Source: Candidatus Pacearchaeota archaeon (GTDB taxonomy: Archaea; Nanobdellota; Nanobdellia; Pacearchaeales; GW2011-AR1). Taken from it: a stretch of 22,006 nucleotides of DNA. A program made the position numbers and the translations under genes. Within the stretch, counting starts at the first letter, position 1, and the number at the start of each line of letters is the position of its first letter. Below the pieces are notes generated by a model. The model worked only from the letters and a program-made list of their open reading frames with translations. It did no database searches and had not been told where the DNA came from. The DNA is taken from the NCBI GenBank assembly GCA_018303825.1, contig JAGVXK010000013.1, forward strand, positions 1-22,006, given 5' to 3'. Positions 1-8,289 of the stretch are shown here, in pieces.

Positions 1-4
1 TTAT

Positions 5-46
5 ATCTGGGTAGGATAATTTTTTGTAACACAATCCTACTCAGAT
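5..46. repeat. 13-bp inverted repeat / hairpin of unknown function
   Basis: ATCTGGGTAGGAT (5-17) and ATCCTACTCAGAT (34-46) pair fully apart from one G-T pair, with a 16-nt loop. Confidence 0.5.
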
Positions 47-189
47 TGTTTGAGATTAACTATTTTTCGGTTTTATTTTCTGGAACTCCGGACAGAGCAT
101 ATATAATTCAATTATCACATAATCATCATAATGATTAAGTGTCAAAATCTTCCTTTCTATCAAAATAAATTACTCTTTTTATTCAAGGC

Positions 190-552
190 TTATTTTACAA
201 ATTCAACTTCAGCCAAATTTTCAAACTCTTTATCCCCAGTAAGAAATTTTATCCCCATTTTTTTGGCCATAAAATATGAAATACAGTCTGGAACAGAGAC
301 TTTTCTGTCCTTCCAACCAAGTCTAAACTGCATAGCCTCTTCAATCCACTCAGGCTCAATTTTAAATATACGTCTTGAGTATTTTTGTAGTATTACTTTT
401 AGGTCTTTCTCCTTTTCTTTGAATAATCCATAACACAATTCGGCAAAAATAAAGTCATTTATAACTATTTCAGAATCAATATATTCTTCATAGTCTAAAT
501 TACCATTAATTATCTCAAAAATTGCATAGGTATCGAACACATATTTAGACAT
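190..552 (-). CDS. vapC: PIN-domain (VapC-family) ribonuclease toxin
   Basis: PIN acidic quartet is present: VFDTY, AELCY, VPDCISY, LTGDKEF. Start placed at ATG 552 (MSKYVF), which overlaps the end of the antitoxin gene by 8 nt. Confidence 0.9.
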   Translation of the reverse strand: MSKYVFDTYAIFEIINGNLDYEEYIDSEIVINDFIFAELCYGLFKEKEKDLKVILQKYSRRIFKIEPEWIEEAMQFRLGWKDRKVSVPDCISYFMAKKMGIKFLTGDKEFENLAEVEFVK

Positions 553-769
553 CGTATAGTTCTTTGTCAATCTCTTCCATTAGCTGAGAGATTGGTTTTT
601 TAAATTTGTGAATTCCAAACGTTTCTCTGAGTATGTTCGATTTATTATGTCCAATGGTTATCTTTATTTCATCTCCCTCATTCATTCTTTCCTTTTCAAC
701 TGCACCCATAGGTACAACAACTCCAAAAGAATTTCCCCATCTTCTAAGTTTTGTTTTTATTTCTATCAT
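545..769 (-). CDS. vapB: AbrB/MazE/SpoVT-family antitoxin
   Basis: N-terminal swapped-hairpin signature KLRRWGNSFGVVVP...EGDEIKITI; 74 aa, directly upstream of and overlapping the PIN gene. Confidence 0.85.
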   Translation of the reverse strand: MIEIKTKLRRWGNSFGVVVPMGAVEKERMNEGDEIKITIGHNKSNILRETFGIHKFKKPISQLMEEIDKELYDV

Positions 770-790
770 GTATAAACAATATAATTATAC

Positions 791-798
791 TATTTAAA
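791..798 (-). promoter_or_regulatory. TATA box of the vapBC operon (probably leaderless), flanked by an inverted repeat
   Basis: Minus strand reads AAAGG-TTTAAATA, 22 nt from ATG 769. TACTAT (788-793) and ATAGTA (806-811) flank it. Confidence 0.7.
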
Positions 799-874
799 CC
801 TTTCTATAGTAATTATCAAAATCTAAAGGTTAACGAGGGATTAATCACTCCGAATAGGGCTTCCGCCAGGCGAG

Positions 875-908
875 AAAAAATAAAAAAAAAGAAAAATAAA
901 AAATAAAA
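875..908 (-). terminator. Oligo(U) archaeal terminator of the S-layer gene
   Basis: About 34-nt T-rich tract on the minus strand, beginning about 10 nt after the S-layer stop codon. Confidence 0.6.
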
Positions 909-917
909 TCAACCGAT

Positions 918-3602
918 TTAAGCGGTTACTGTTTCGACTGTAGCAACTGTTTCACTCGTGCCTTTGTACTTCTTACCGGCTGTTGTGTCAACAGCTTGTG
1001 TAGTCAAGTACTTAGCAGCTTTAGTTGTGTCTGCAGCATATCTTCCTGCAACTAATGTTGCAATCTTCGTGCTTGCATAAGGAGATGTGAAAGACTGGAT
1101 CAAGAATGACCCGCCTGTTACTCCTGTCTTTGTCTCGAAATCAGCCCCACATGAAGTGGAACTTGTTCCTAACAAGGCAGCAGCAACACTGTTTACACAG
1201 TTTCCTCCAACAACTATTAAGTTCTTAGCAGATACAGCACTAACTTCAGAGTCGGCTACGGCAACACTTCCAAGAGCTTTAACTCCTGTTGAACCGCCAC
1301 TTGTGGCAGCTTCTATCTCAGCAGCATTTGCAGCCGCATATATTAATGCAGCGACCTGCTCATCTGGATAGCTTATTGTTGCTTGCTTCTGGTCTGAATC
1401 AGTTGAATCCTCTGTTACGATGGATCCCCACAAGTCAGCTTCCTTTGTAAGTTTGCTGTTGCTTGCAAGACTGATTCTGTCCCATACTGCATCTCCACCC
1501 CAAGTTCTGACAACGTCATTTACTCCAATGCCATCATCACTGTTTCCACCGGCCTCAACAGTTGTGATAACAGCCTCGTAGTTTGTGTTGTCGTCCTTTT
1601 CCTCGAAGACAATTAATGCAGGACCTGCAATATTTCCTCCGTCAGGACTTACAAGATAAAGAGAAGTTAAGTTCTCTCCACCCCACGTAAAGTTATATGT
1701 TAACCTTCCAACAGTAACTGACTTAGCTAAACTTTCAGGGTCTGCGCTAACATTTGTTCCGCCAATGCTGAAGTTTCCTGCACCATTTGCGGCAGCAGTA
1801 TCACTACTTAACAATACTGCAACATCTGTATACCCATCTCCATCAGGTAATCTTATTGTTGTAACATCGTTACCTTGGGTTCCACTAAATACATCTCCAT
1901 TATTACTTGAGTTATCCCAAGAACTAAGAGATATGTTCAAAGGCTCATAAAATGCTACCTTTGCACCCTTAGATGTTTGTATAGTTGGATAAAGAACCAT
2001 GGCTGCGGTACTACTTGCGCTATCGGGATAGTTTATAGTCAAATTCATCGCGTCACTGGCAGAGTCTGATGCTCCCCAATATGCAATTGTAAAGACCTTA
2101 CCTCCAACAGTAACTGTACCTGCTCCTTCTCCTGTTAATGTAGCCTCATATATGTCGCCTGAAAATACATCTTGTAGTCTGACTTTGTCAGAGCTGTATC
2201 CAGAGGATGCGTTCTTGACTTCATATACTTTCATCAAATAACCATCTGCCTCGTTTCCAAGAACAGCATAATCATTTGGATGAACTCTCTCCATTTCCCT
2301 GACGCTTAGGTTTCTACCATCGTTATCCACCATAAGCTGTGGAAAATCAGTTCCAGTATAGTTCTTTGCCCATTGCACTGTCTTTGCTTGACCACGATTA
2401 TTGGTCAAAGTAACAGTTAGTTTATCGTCAGCATCATTCTTGATAGCAATATTTTCTCTTGCCGTGCTGTTTGAAGGCACAGTTAGAGCGCTAAAGTCTA
2501 TCTTGAATGTTCCGAAAACAGGGTCAACACGTGCACCACCTTCCAAAATCGCATCGCTATCCGAATTAGGGGCAGCGACTGAGACTGTTATCTTGGTTAA
2601 GTCACCAAGGTCAGTTGTTTTTGTAAAGTATGCCTTCGTTCCATCTACAGTTGTAGCATCATCTCCAGTTGTTACCGAACTTCCGCTAACTAAGGTGACT
2701 TTTTCAGCACCTGCTAGGATAGTTGCAGATAATTTCAAGTTTGTTTCATCAGCAGTTAGAATTGCGACTGTCAAACCCTGGACTTTCTTAGACGCATTTT
2801 CACTTACTTCCTTAGAATCGCTTGAACCTGTACTGTCTGTAACTTTTATAGTGGCAGCAGTGTCAGATGCAGAGACTAATTCAACAGTATATTCCTTTCC
2901 TCCTATAGTAACTTTTGTACTTGGAGAATCGCTTGACAAGTCAACTTTTTGTGCTTGTTTAAGCAAGACTAAATCTGTTACGCTTGTTGAAGAGGCAATT
3001 GTATACTTCTGTCCGAATAGTGTCAAATCCTGGCCCTTCGAATCAGCATGTGTCAAATTGACCGCTTTGTTGAAAGTAACCGAAGCGTTATAGATGTACG
3101 TGTTTGTACTAGTACTCAAAGTTAATCCAAATACTGGATCATTTGAGCTGGTTGGTTGCTTTGCATAAGTTACCTGTGGGTTTGCACCCAAAGTAATTGT
3201 CTGCGTGTAAGAGGCATCAACATTTCCAGAGAAACTTCCATCCTTAAGGACGGTTGGCAGCTCTGTCTTTGTTAAAGCGCTCTTTACCTGATTTAAGGTA
3301 TCATTTACATAAATCTTTGTAGAGCTTGTAAATAATGGAGCAGCCTCACCTGTTATCGATACGCTTGTACTCGAACTCGTTGTAGCTGTCTGTTCAGCAA
3401 GCTTTTGCTGTAACTGTGCATTTATGTCTGCAACGGCGACTAAGTCTGTATTAGCAGCAGTGCTACCATATACGATAGCGACGTCCGCGCTTCCTCCCGA
3501 TACGAAAGGTGCCGGATAATTTGCTGCAGCAGCCAAAGCCACTGTTGAGCCAAGCATTGTTACGCCTGCCAAAACAGCTGCAATCTTTTTATAATTAATC
3601 AT
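918..3602 (-). CDS. S-layer protein (resembles the Methanococcales-type S_layer_N/S_layer_C architecture, with a large central insert)
   Basis: Signal peptide (MINYKKIAAVLAG...ALAAAA) followed by YPAPFV...VAIVYG...D. C-terminal NLIVVGGNCVNSVAAALL...LVAGRYAADTTKAAKYL. Thr/Ser/Ala/Asp-rich, with a strong SD sequence and a terminator. Confidence 0.9.
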   Translation of the reverse strand: MINYKKIAAVLAGVTMLGSTVALAAAANYPAPFVSGGSADVAIVYGSTAANTDLVAVADINAQLQQKLAEQTATTSSSTSVSITGEAAPLFTSSTKIYVNDTLNQVKSALTKTELPTVLKDGSFSGNVDASYTQTITLGANPQVTYAKQPTSSNDPVFGLTLSTSTNTYIYNASVTFNKAVNLTHADSKGQDLTLFGQKYTIASSTSVTDLVLLKQAQKVDLSSDSPSTKVTIGGKEYTVELVSASDTAATIKVTDSTGSSDSKEVSENASKKVQGLTVAILTADETNLKLSATILAGAEKVTLVSGSSVTTGDDATTVDGTKAYFTKTTDLGDLTKITVSVAAPNSDSDAILEGGARVDPVFGTFKIDFSALTVPSNSTARENIAIKNDADDKLTVTLTNNRGQAKTVQWAKNYTGTDFPQLMVDNDGRNLSVREMERVHPNDYAVLGNEADGYLMKVYEVKNASSGYSSDKVRLQDVFSGDIYEATLTGEGAGTVTVGGKVFTIAYWGASDSASDAMNLTINYPDSASSTAAMVLYPTIQTSKGAKVAFYEPLNISLSSWDNSSNNGDVFSGTQGNDVTTIRLPDGDGYTDVAVLLSSDTAAANGAGNFSIGGTNVSADPESLAKSVTVGRLTYNFTWGGENLTSLYLVSPDGGNIAGPALIVFEEKDDNTNYEAVITTVEAGGNSDDGIGVNDVVRTWGGDAVWDRISLASNSKLTKEADLWGSIVTEDSTDSDQKQATISYPDEQVAALIYAAANAAEIEAATSGGSTGVKALGSVAVADSEVSAVSAKNLIVVGGNCVNSVAAALLGTSSTSCGADFETKTGVTGGSFLIQSFTSPYASTKIATLVAGRYAADTTKAAKYLTTQAVDTTAGKKYKGTSETVATVETVTA

Positions 3603-3610
3603 TTTTTTTA

Positions 3611-3617
3611 ACCTCCT
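3611..3617 (-). promoter_or_regulatory. Shine-Dalgarno sequence of the S-layer gene
   Basis: AGGAGGT located 8 nt upstream of ATG 3602. Confidence 0.8.
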
Positions 3618-3618
3618 T

Positions 3619-3728
3619 TCAGCTCAATCCCTTGTAGCAGCTCCGCAGAGCCTCTTTTTGAGAAGGCCGCATGTTAATAGCGACCCGCTAAGCTGACCAT
3701 TAGCACCAAATTAGTAGATGCCTATGGT
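3619..3728 (-). ncRNA. Candidate structured cis-acting RNA in the S-layer 5' leader
   Basis: GC-richer than its flanks. Hand-folded helices: ACCAU..GGCAUC/GGUGCU..AUGGU hairpin; UCAGCUU/GAGCUGA; UAGC/GCUA; GGUCGC/GCGGCC; CUC/GAG; GCUC-UGCG-GAGC. Confidence 0.55.
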
Positions 3729-3771
3729 ACTCACTTTAAGCTTAAAGGGTAAAGACTTTAGCCAATAATGC

Positions 3772-3779
3772 TTTAAAAA
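3772..3779 (-). promoter_or_regulatory. Candidate TATA box of the S-layer gene
   Basis: Minus strand reads AAGG-TTTTTAAA, the same purine-rich + TATA pattern as other promoters here. Predicted start near 3750, giving a leader of about 148 nt. Confidence 0.6.
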
Positions 3780-3913
3780 CCTTGCTGTCAAATTTTCGTT
3801 TAATGCAAGTAGTGTCTTCTATTTCTCTGCATTCCTTTATAAAGCTTTTGGTATTACTTAAAGTAACAACACTTTATTTTAAAGCAATTTTTTCCTTAAA
3901 TTTTCTTTTTTTG

Positions 3914-3986
3914 CATATATATGGTCTTTTATACAGTATATATGAAATAGAAACATATATATACTAAATATATGTTATATATATAG
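3914..3986. repeat. Array of (TA)n boxes including a perfect 9-bp inverted repeat
   Basis: CATATATATG (3914), GTATATATG (3936), CATATATATAC (3954), TTATATATATAG (3975). AACATATAT-N7-ATATATGTT spans 3952-3976. Confidence 0.55.
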
Positions 3987-4064
3987 GTAAGGGTTTAACA
4001 CATATCCCTATCGTCGATAAACACATATTTAGATAAACAAAATAAAAACAAAGAAATAACTAAA

Positions 4065-4424
4065 ATGGCAGCAAAAACAAAGACAAGGGAAATAACCATA
4101 TCAGATGAGGGCGGGGCATTCCAGGCTTTTTTCAAAAAACTCTCTGGAGAGCACAAAGAATATGACTTTCAAGGATTAGAAACTCTTAGAAAACTTCTCA
4201 GCAATGAAAAAGCAAGACTCCTCCATATAATAAAGACAAAAAAACCTATCTCAATCTATGCCTTGGCAAAGATTTCTGGGAGAGATTTTAAATCAGTAAA
4301 CGATGACATAAAAGTGCTGCAAAAGTTTGGTTTTATAGAATTTATTTCAGAGAAAACAGGCAGGAGAGAAAGGCTTAAGCCCGTTCTTTCAATAGACAGG
4401 ATAAGAATAGACTTTAAGATTTAA
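4065..4424 (+). CDS. Winged helix-turn-helix DNA-binding protein (resembles the COG4190 / HVO_A0114-like family)
   Basis: LRKLLSNEKARLLHIIKTKKPISIYALAKISGRDFKSVNDDIKVLQKFGFIEF...RLKP. Confidence 0.8.
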   Translation: MAAKTKTREITISDEGGAFQAFFKKLSGEHKEYDFQGLETLRKLLSNEKARLLHIIKTKKPISIYALAKISGRDFKSVNDDIKVLQKFGFIEFISEKTGRRERLKPVLSIDRIRIDFKI

Positions 4425-4699
4425 CCAAAGCAACATTTATAGCCCAAAGAGTCATTATCTTACCAATTAACATCCAATTATCTCACAAATGCTGTTATGA
4501 TGACAAGAATAAAGAAATATATTTCATACAACTCAATCATTTATAGATAGATACCTTGATAATTACTTTGCATAGGAATATGGGTTCTGTTAAATTAAAA
4601 GGTATAGCTAATTTTATCGTCGTAATCTTAATATTTATCACCAGTTGGCTTAACAAAACCTACCTAGGATTACACGAATTTAATAACAAAACAAAAGTG

Positions 4700-7672
4700 T
4701 CAATACTTCTTTCTCTTGAACAAGTAAATGGCAAATATAACAATCAAAACGACAACCACAACTACTATTATTATCCATAATGTTCTTCCAGAAGTGCCCT
4801 CTGCCGCGGGAGGAGCTGTTTCATTCCCAGTTGCTTGGGGTGTTGTTGTGACGACAGGCTCGCTTATAGACTTCATAGTAATATTTGCCTGTCCATTAGA
4901 AATTGAAACTAATGTCACGGAAATATCATAGTTGTTGTCTCCTGTAATCTCAAACTTTTTGGTCTCTCCTACTGAAAGAGTAGCTGTTTGAGGAGTGCTT
5001 GCCACTTCTACCGTTACGCTTGTGTTTGTAATATTGGTTATACCAAGATAGTGTCCAAGTCCGCTGACATTGAATGTAATTCTATAGTTTGTCTTCAATT
5101 CCTTCAAAGCCTGTCCCAGATTCAGCTCAGAGCCATTCAATTTTATTTCTTTCACCCATTTTGACACTATTGAGCCTCTACTTCCACTACCTGTTCCGGC
5201 CCCGCTACCGCAACCATCAGTTGATAATGATTGTACAGAAGTTCCAGAGTTTCCAGCATAGTCTGTGCAATTTCCAGTAATAGTATAAGAATTACCGCAA
5301 TTCAAGCCAGATATGGTCAAGCTAGAGACTGTTCCAGATGAACTTGTAAGGACACAAGCTCCGCTGACTCCGCTTCTCTCATCACTTCCAGAAAGAGTAA
5401 CAGTTATACTATTCGCAGTAGAACTTGCTTTTGCAAGATCTGTGCTTGGTGCCGCAGTATCAAGAGTTATTGTTCGGCTGCCTGTAGAATTTTGCTTTGA
5501 ACCCTTATCCCATATACTTACATTGTATGTATAATTCTGATTAGGCAGTCCGGTCCAATTTATAATTCTTTGCGCAGTTGTGAATACGGTTGAATTTACC
5601 AAGCCGGTTGCATTATACAATTCAAATGTTATGTTCTTCTCATTGGCCTCGACAACAGTTACATTCACATATATAAATGTCTGTGACTTATTTATGCCAG
5701 TAGCCAAAGTATCTGCGCTGAAGGATATTTGAGGATACAATGTCTCAAAAGTTACATTTCTTGTACCTGTCGAGCTATTAGTTGTTGTGCTGTTGCTATT
5801 CCCAGCATAATCAAATGCAGTCGCATTAAAGTAATAAAGACCGTCTGCCAATCCAGTATAATTAATGAACGCAATATCTCCAACTGCACTTCCGGCAAGC
5901 GTCATTGAGCTATTTGACCAGCTCGAATTATAAACACTTATATTTACATTCCTAAGATTCACATCAGTTGCAGTTACATTTATGAAAAATGACCCATTTA
6001 CAACAGCATCAGAAGACACAGTTTGTATTGTAAAGTTAATTATAGGCTTTATTGTGTCAACTATAACTATTCTTGTCTCTGTGAAATTGCTGTTATCTGC
6101 CAAATCATGGGAAGTTGCATTAAAAGTATAATTGCCGTCTCTTAAATTGGTAAAGTTAATATAATTAGGAGATGAAGTCGTTGTACTTGTATTAACAACA
6201 ACGCCAGTTATGTTATATAAATTGATTGTTATATTCCTTAAATTGATATCCGTAGCCGTCACATTAACAACTATGTTTGTTCTAGATATATTAGTGACAT
6301 TTCCCTCAACACCATTACCATAAGCAATTAAAGAAACAATAGTATCAAGCATTATTGTTCTCTTCTCTGTTGTATTGCTATTCCCTGCATAATCATAAGC
6401 AGTAGAATTAAAGCTATAATTGCCGTCTGATAACCCAGTTACATTCACAAAGGCTGGAGAGCTCGTCCAAATAGTTACATTTGTCCAACTGGAATTATAC
6501 ACATAGATAGTTATGTTCTTTAAATTAATATCTGTTGCAGTTATATTAACGACAATATTATTCTTTGATAAGAATGAATTATTTATTTCTGTTGTTATGG
6601 TGAAATTAATTATGGGCAAAACAGTATCAACAATAACAATTCTTGTGCTGGCATTACCTGTATTTCCAGCATAATCAAGCACTGTTGCATTAAACGTATA
6701 ATTTCCATCTCTTACATTAGTAAAGTTGATAAAGCTAGGAGATGAAAAAGCTAAACTTGAGTTGACAACATCTGTAGTATTAAATAGAGTTATGTTTGTG
6801 CTCTGCAAATTTGTCTCTGTTGCAGTAACATTAACAACTATATTTGCTCTTGATATATTGGTAACATTGCCTTCAGTATTAGTATTATAAGTAAGAAGAG
6901 GTCTTGTTGCATCATAAAGTATAGTCCTATTGGTATTGTTGAAAGCCAGGTTACCAGAGCTATCCTCTGCCCTGAAATTCCAGTAGAACCTTCCTTCGTA
7001 AGGAAATGCAAAAGTCAGGTTTGTATCATTTGTTGTTCCTATTGCTGTCACATTGCTAATGTTGACAGTATCAAATGTAGAGTTATAAAGAAACAAAGAG
7101 GAGTTTAGTAAGGCATAATTGTCTGTGAAAGAGGCATTAAACATCAGTGTTCCAACAGTTGTGTTTGTAGAATTCGCAGGCGCAATCAATTTGACAACTG
7201 GGCTCGTAGGGTCATTTATTGTGACAGAAATATTTGTATAGCTAACATCATTTGTGGTGTTCACAGTTGTAACAGTAATATTATATGTCCCTATAGTTGA
7301 TGCAGTCGCATTAAAGCTGAAGTAATTCCTGGTGAGGTTAGCAATAAGACCTCCCGTAACATTCTCCCAGCTTAACTTGGTAATTTGGCTAAGGTTTGTA
7401 AACACACTTGCCGCCGCCACATCAGTCTGATTTGTCCAGTTCAGGAACATAAAAGTCGGAGGCAAAGTAATATTGACTTGTGTTATATTTGACGCGGTTA
7501 CATCTGTATTATTAACGGAAATATTATAAAAATTGGAAACAAGAACAGTAAAGGTGCCGATGTTTGGGGAGGTGACAACATGAGTTGCCATGACAATAGA
7601 CAAAAAAACAACAGCTAAAATCACTGAGACTGCTAAAAGCGTTTTTAAAAATAACTTCCCTTTTTTATTCAT
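4700..7672 (-). CDS. Large membrane-anchored cell-surface glycoprotein with tandem Ig-like beta-sandwich repeats
   Basis: Basic + hydrophobic signal peptide; repeated units ending ..DGNY.FNAT..D.AGN; Gly/Ser linker; C-terminal TM helix (WIIIVVVVVVLIVIFAIYLF) with KRKKY tail. Start is ATG 7672 (preceded by GAGTGA) or GTG 7678. Confidence 0.85.
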   Translation of the reverse strand: MNKKGKLFLKTLLAVSVILAVVFLSIVMATHVVTSPNIGTFTVLVSNFYNISVNNTDVTASNITQVNITLPPTFMFLNWTNQTDVAAASVFTNLSQITKLSWENVTGGLIANLTRNYFSFNATASTIGTYNITVTTVNTTNDVSYTNISVTINDPTSPVVKLIAPANSTNTTVGTLMFNASFTDNYALLNSSLFLYNSTFDTVNISNVTAIGTTNDTNLTFAFPYEGRFYWNFRAEDSSGNLAFNNTNRTILYDATRPLLTYNTNTEGNVTNISRANIVVNVTATETNLQSTNITLFNTTDVVNSSLAFSSPSFINFTNVRDGNYTFNATVLDYAGNTGNASTRIVIVDTVLPIINFTITTEINNSFLSKNNIVVNITATDINLKNITIYVYNSSWTNVTIWTSSPAFVNVTGLSDGNYSFNSTAYDYAGNSNTTEKRTIMLDTIVSLIAYGNGVEGNVTNISRTNIVVNVTATDINLRNITINLYNITGVVVNTSTTTSSPNYINFTNLRDGNYTFNATSHDLADNSNFTETRIVIVDTIKPIINFTIQTVSSDAVVNGSFFINVTATDVNLRNVNISVYNSSWSNSSMTLAGSAVGDIAFINYTGLADGLYYFNATAFDYAGNSNSTTTNSSTGTRNVTFETLYPQISFSADTLATGINKSQTFIYVNVTVVEANEKNITFELYNATGLVNSTVFTTAQRIINWTGLPNQNYTYNVSIWDKGSKQNSTGSRTITLDTAAPSTDLAKASSTANSITVTLSGSDERSGVSGACVLTSSSGTVSSLTISGLNCGNSYTITGNCTDYAGNSGTSVQSLSTDGCGSGAGTGSGSRGSIVSKWVKEIKLNGSELNLGQALKELKTNYRITFNVSGLGHYLGITNITNTSVTVEVASTPQTATLSVGETKKFEITGDNNYDISVTLVSISNGQANITMKSISEPVVTTTPQATGNETAPPAAEGTSGRTLWIIIVVVVVVLIVIFAIYLFKRKKY
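5462..6913 (-). repeat. Five intragenic Ig-like units of about 95-104 aa arranged A-B-A-B-C
   Basis: Units begin at DATRP, DTVLP, DTIVS, DTIKP and ETLYP. A units share EGNVTNISR.NIVVNVTAT; B units share PIINFTI...YNSSW.N. Confidence 0.75.
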
Positions 7673-7732
7673 CTTCACTCTTTTTGCGAATAGAAAGTAG
7701 TAATCTTTGGCATTTATAAACCTTTTTCTTTT

Positions 7733-8014
7733 TTACATAAAGCTGACAATTCCCTTCGCCATTAAAAGAAAAGCAGGTATCCAAAGAAACAATGGTTGCA
7801 AGACAAAAAATATTGATAAGATAAGTATAACTGAAGAAAATATATCTATGATGCTTAAAGGTATCTCTCCTGTAAATATCATCAATCCTTTTAAAAAAAG
7901 AATTCCAGCACAAAACAAGATAAGTTGTAAAAAAGGCGTCATTCCAAATATTAAAAGCAGGAAAACTATCGCAGACAGCAAATCTATCCCACCAAGTATT
8001 TTAACCAACACCAT
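7733..8014 (-). CDS. Small integral membrane protein of unknown function
   Basis: 93 aa, almost entirely hydrophobic (about 3 TM segments). TATA-like TTATTAAA lies 22 nt from the ATG. Confidence 0.7.
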   Translation of the reverse strand: MVLVKILGGIDLLSAIVFLLLIFGMTPFLQLILFCAGILFLKGLMIFTGEIPLSIIDIFSSVILILSIFFVLQPLFLWIPAFLLMAKGIVSFM

Positions 8015-8035
8015 ATTTTATTTTTATACCTCTAC

Positions 8036-8043
8036 TTTAATAA
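8036..8043 (-). promoter_or_regulatory. TATA box for the 8014 membrane-protein gene
   Basis: TTATTAAA on the minus strand, 22 nt from the ATG. Confidence 0.55.
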
Positions 8044-8260
8044 GATTTGTGTATTATAGTTCATAATAAAAATAGAACCTTGCATTCAAATATCATCTAA
8101 TAAGTTTCTTATTATAGTCAATGACTTTAAAATTTCTCCAATTTGTCGTTGACTAGATAGGGAAAGACTTATGTCTTTCACTATACTTCATTATAATTTA
8201 AATTGCTGGTAGTCATCAAATTAAAATATGTTAAAGATTAACTGCATTATATTAATAAGG

Positions 8261-8268
8261 ATTAAATA
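8261..8268 (+). promoter_or_regulatory. TATA box for the flippase gene
   Basis: AAGG-ATTAAATA, 22 nt from ATG 8290. Confidence 0.55.
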
Positions 8269-8289
8269 GCATCTTTAATAAGGTATTTT

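Noticed and set aside
131-433. 100-aa plus-strand ORF
   Set aside because: Antisense to a convincing vapC; no motifs.
1087-3093. Antisense ORFs inside the S-layer gene (1087-1371, 1765-1950, 2401-3093)
   Set aside because: Shadow ORFs expected from the codon bias of a Thr/Ala/Ser-rich gene; no promoter, SD or family motifs.
3619-3728. tRNA, SRP RNA or known riboswitch identity for the structured leader
   Set aside because: No T-loop, D-loop or anticodon geometry, and no conserved motif of a family I recognise.
3914-3986. CRISPR array or replication origin
   Set aside because: No constant repeat-spacer pattern, no ORB-like G-string boxes, and no cas or orc1/cdc6 gene in the window.
4425-4699. 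Short hydrophobic minus-strand peptide fragments suggesting a decayed gene or missing toxin partner
   Set aside because: The fragments are in different frames, lack a promoter at the expected spacing and show no recognisable similarity.
7665-8066. Overlapping ORFs 7665-7913 and 7707-8066
   Set aside because: Overlap the better-supported 7733-8014 membrane gene, which has the 22-nt TATA geometry.
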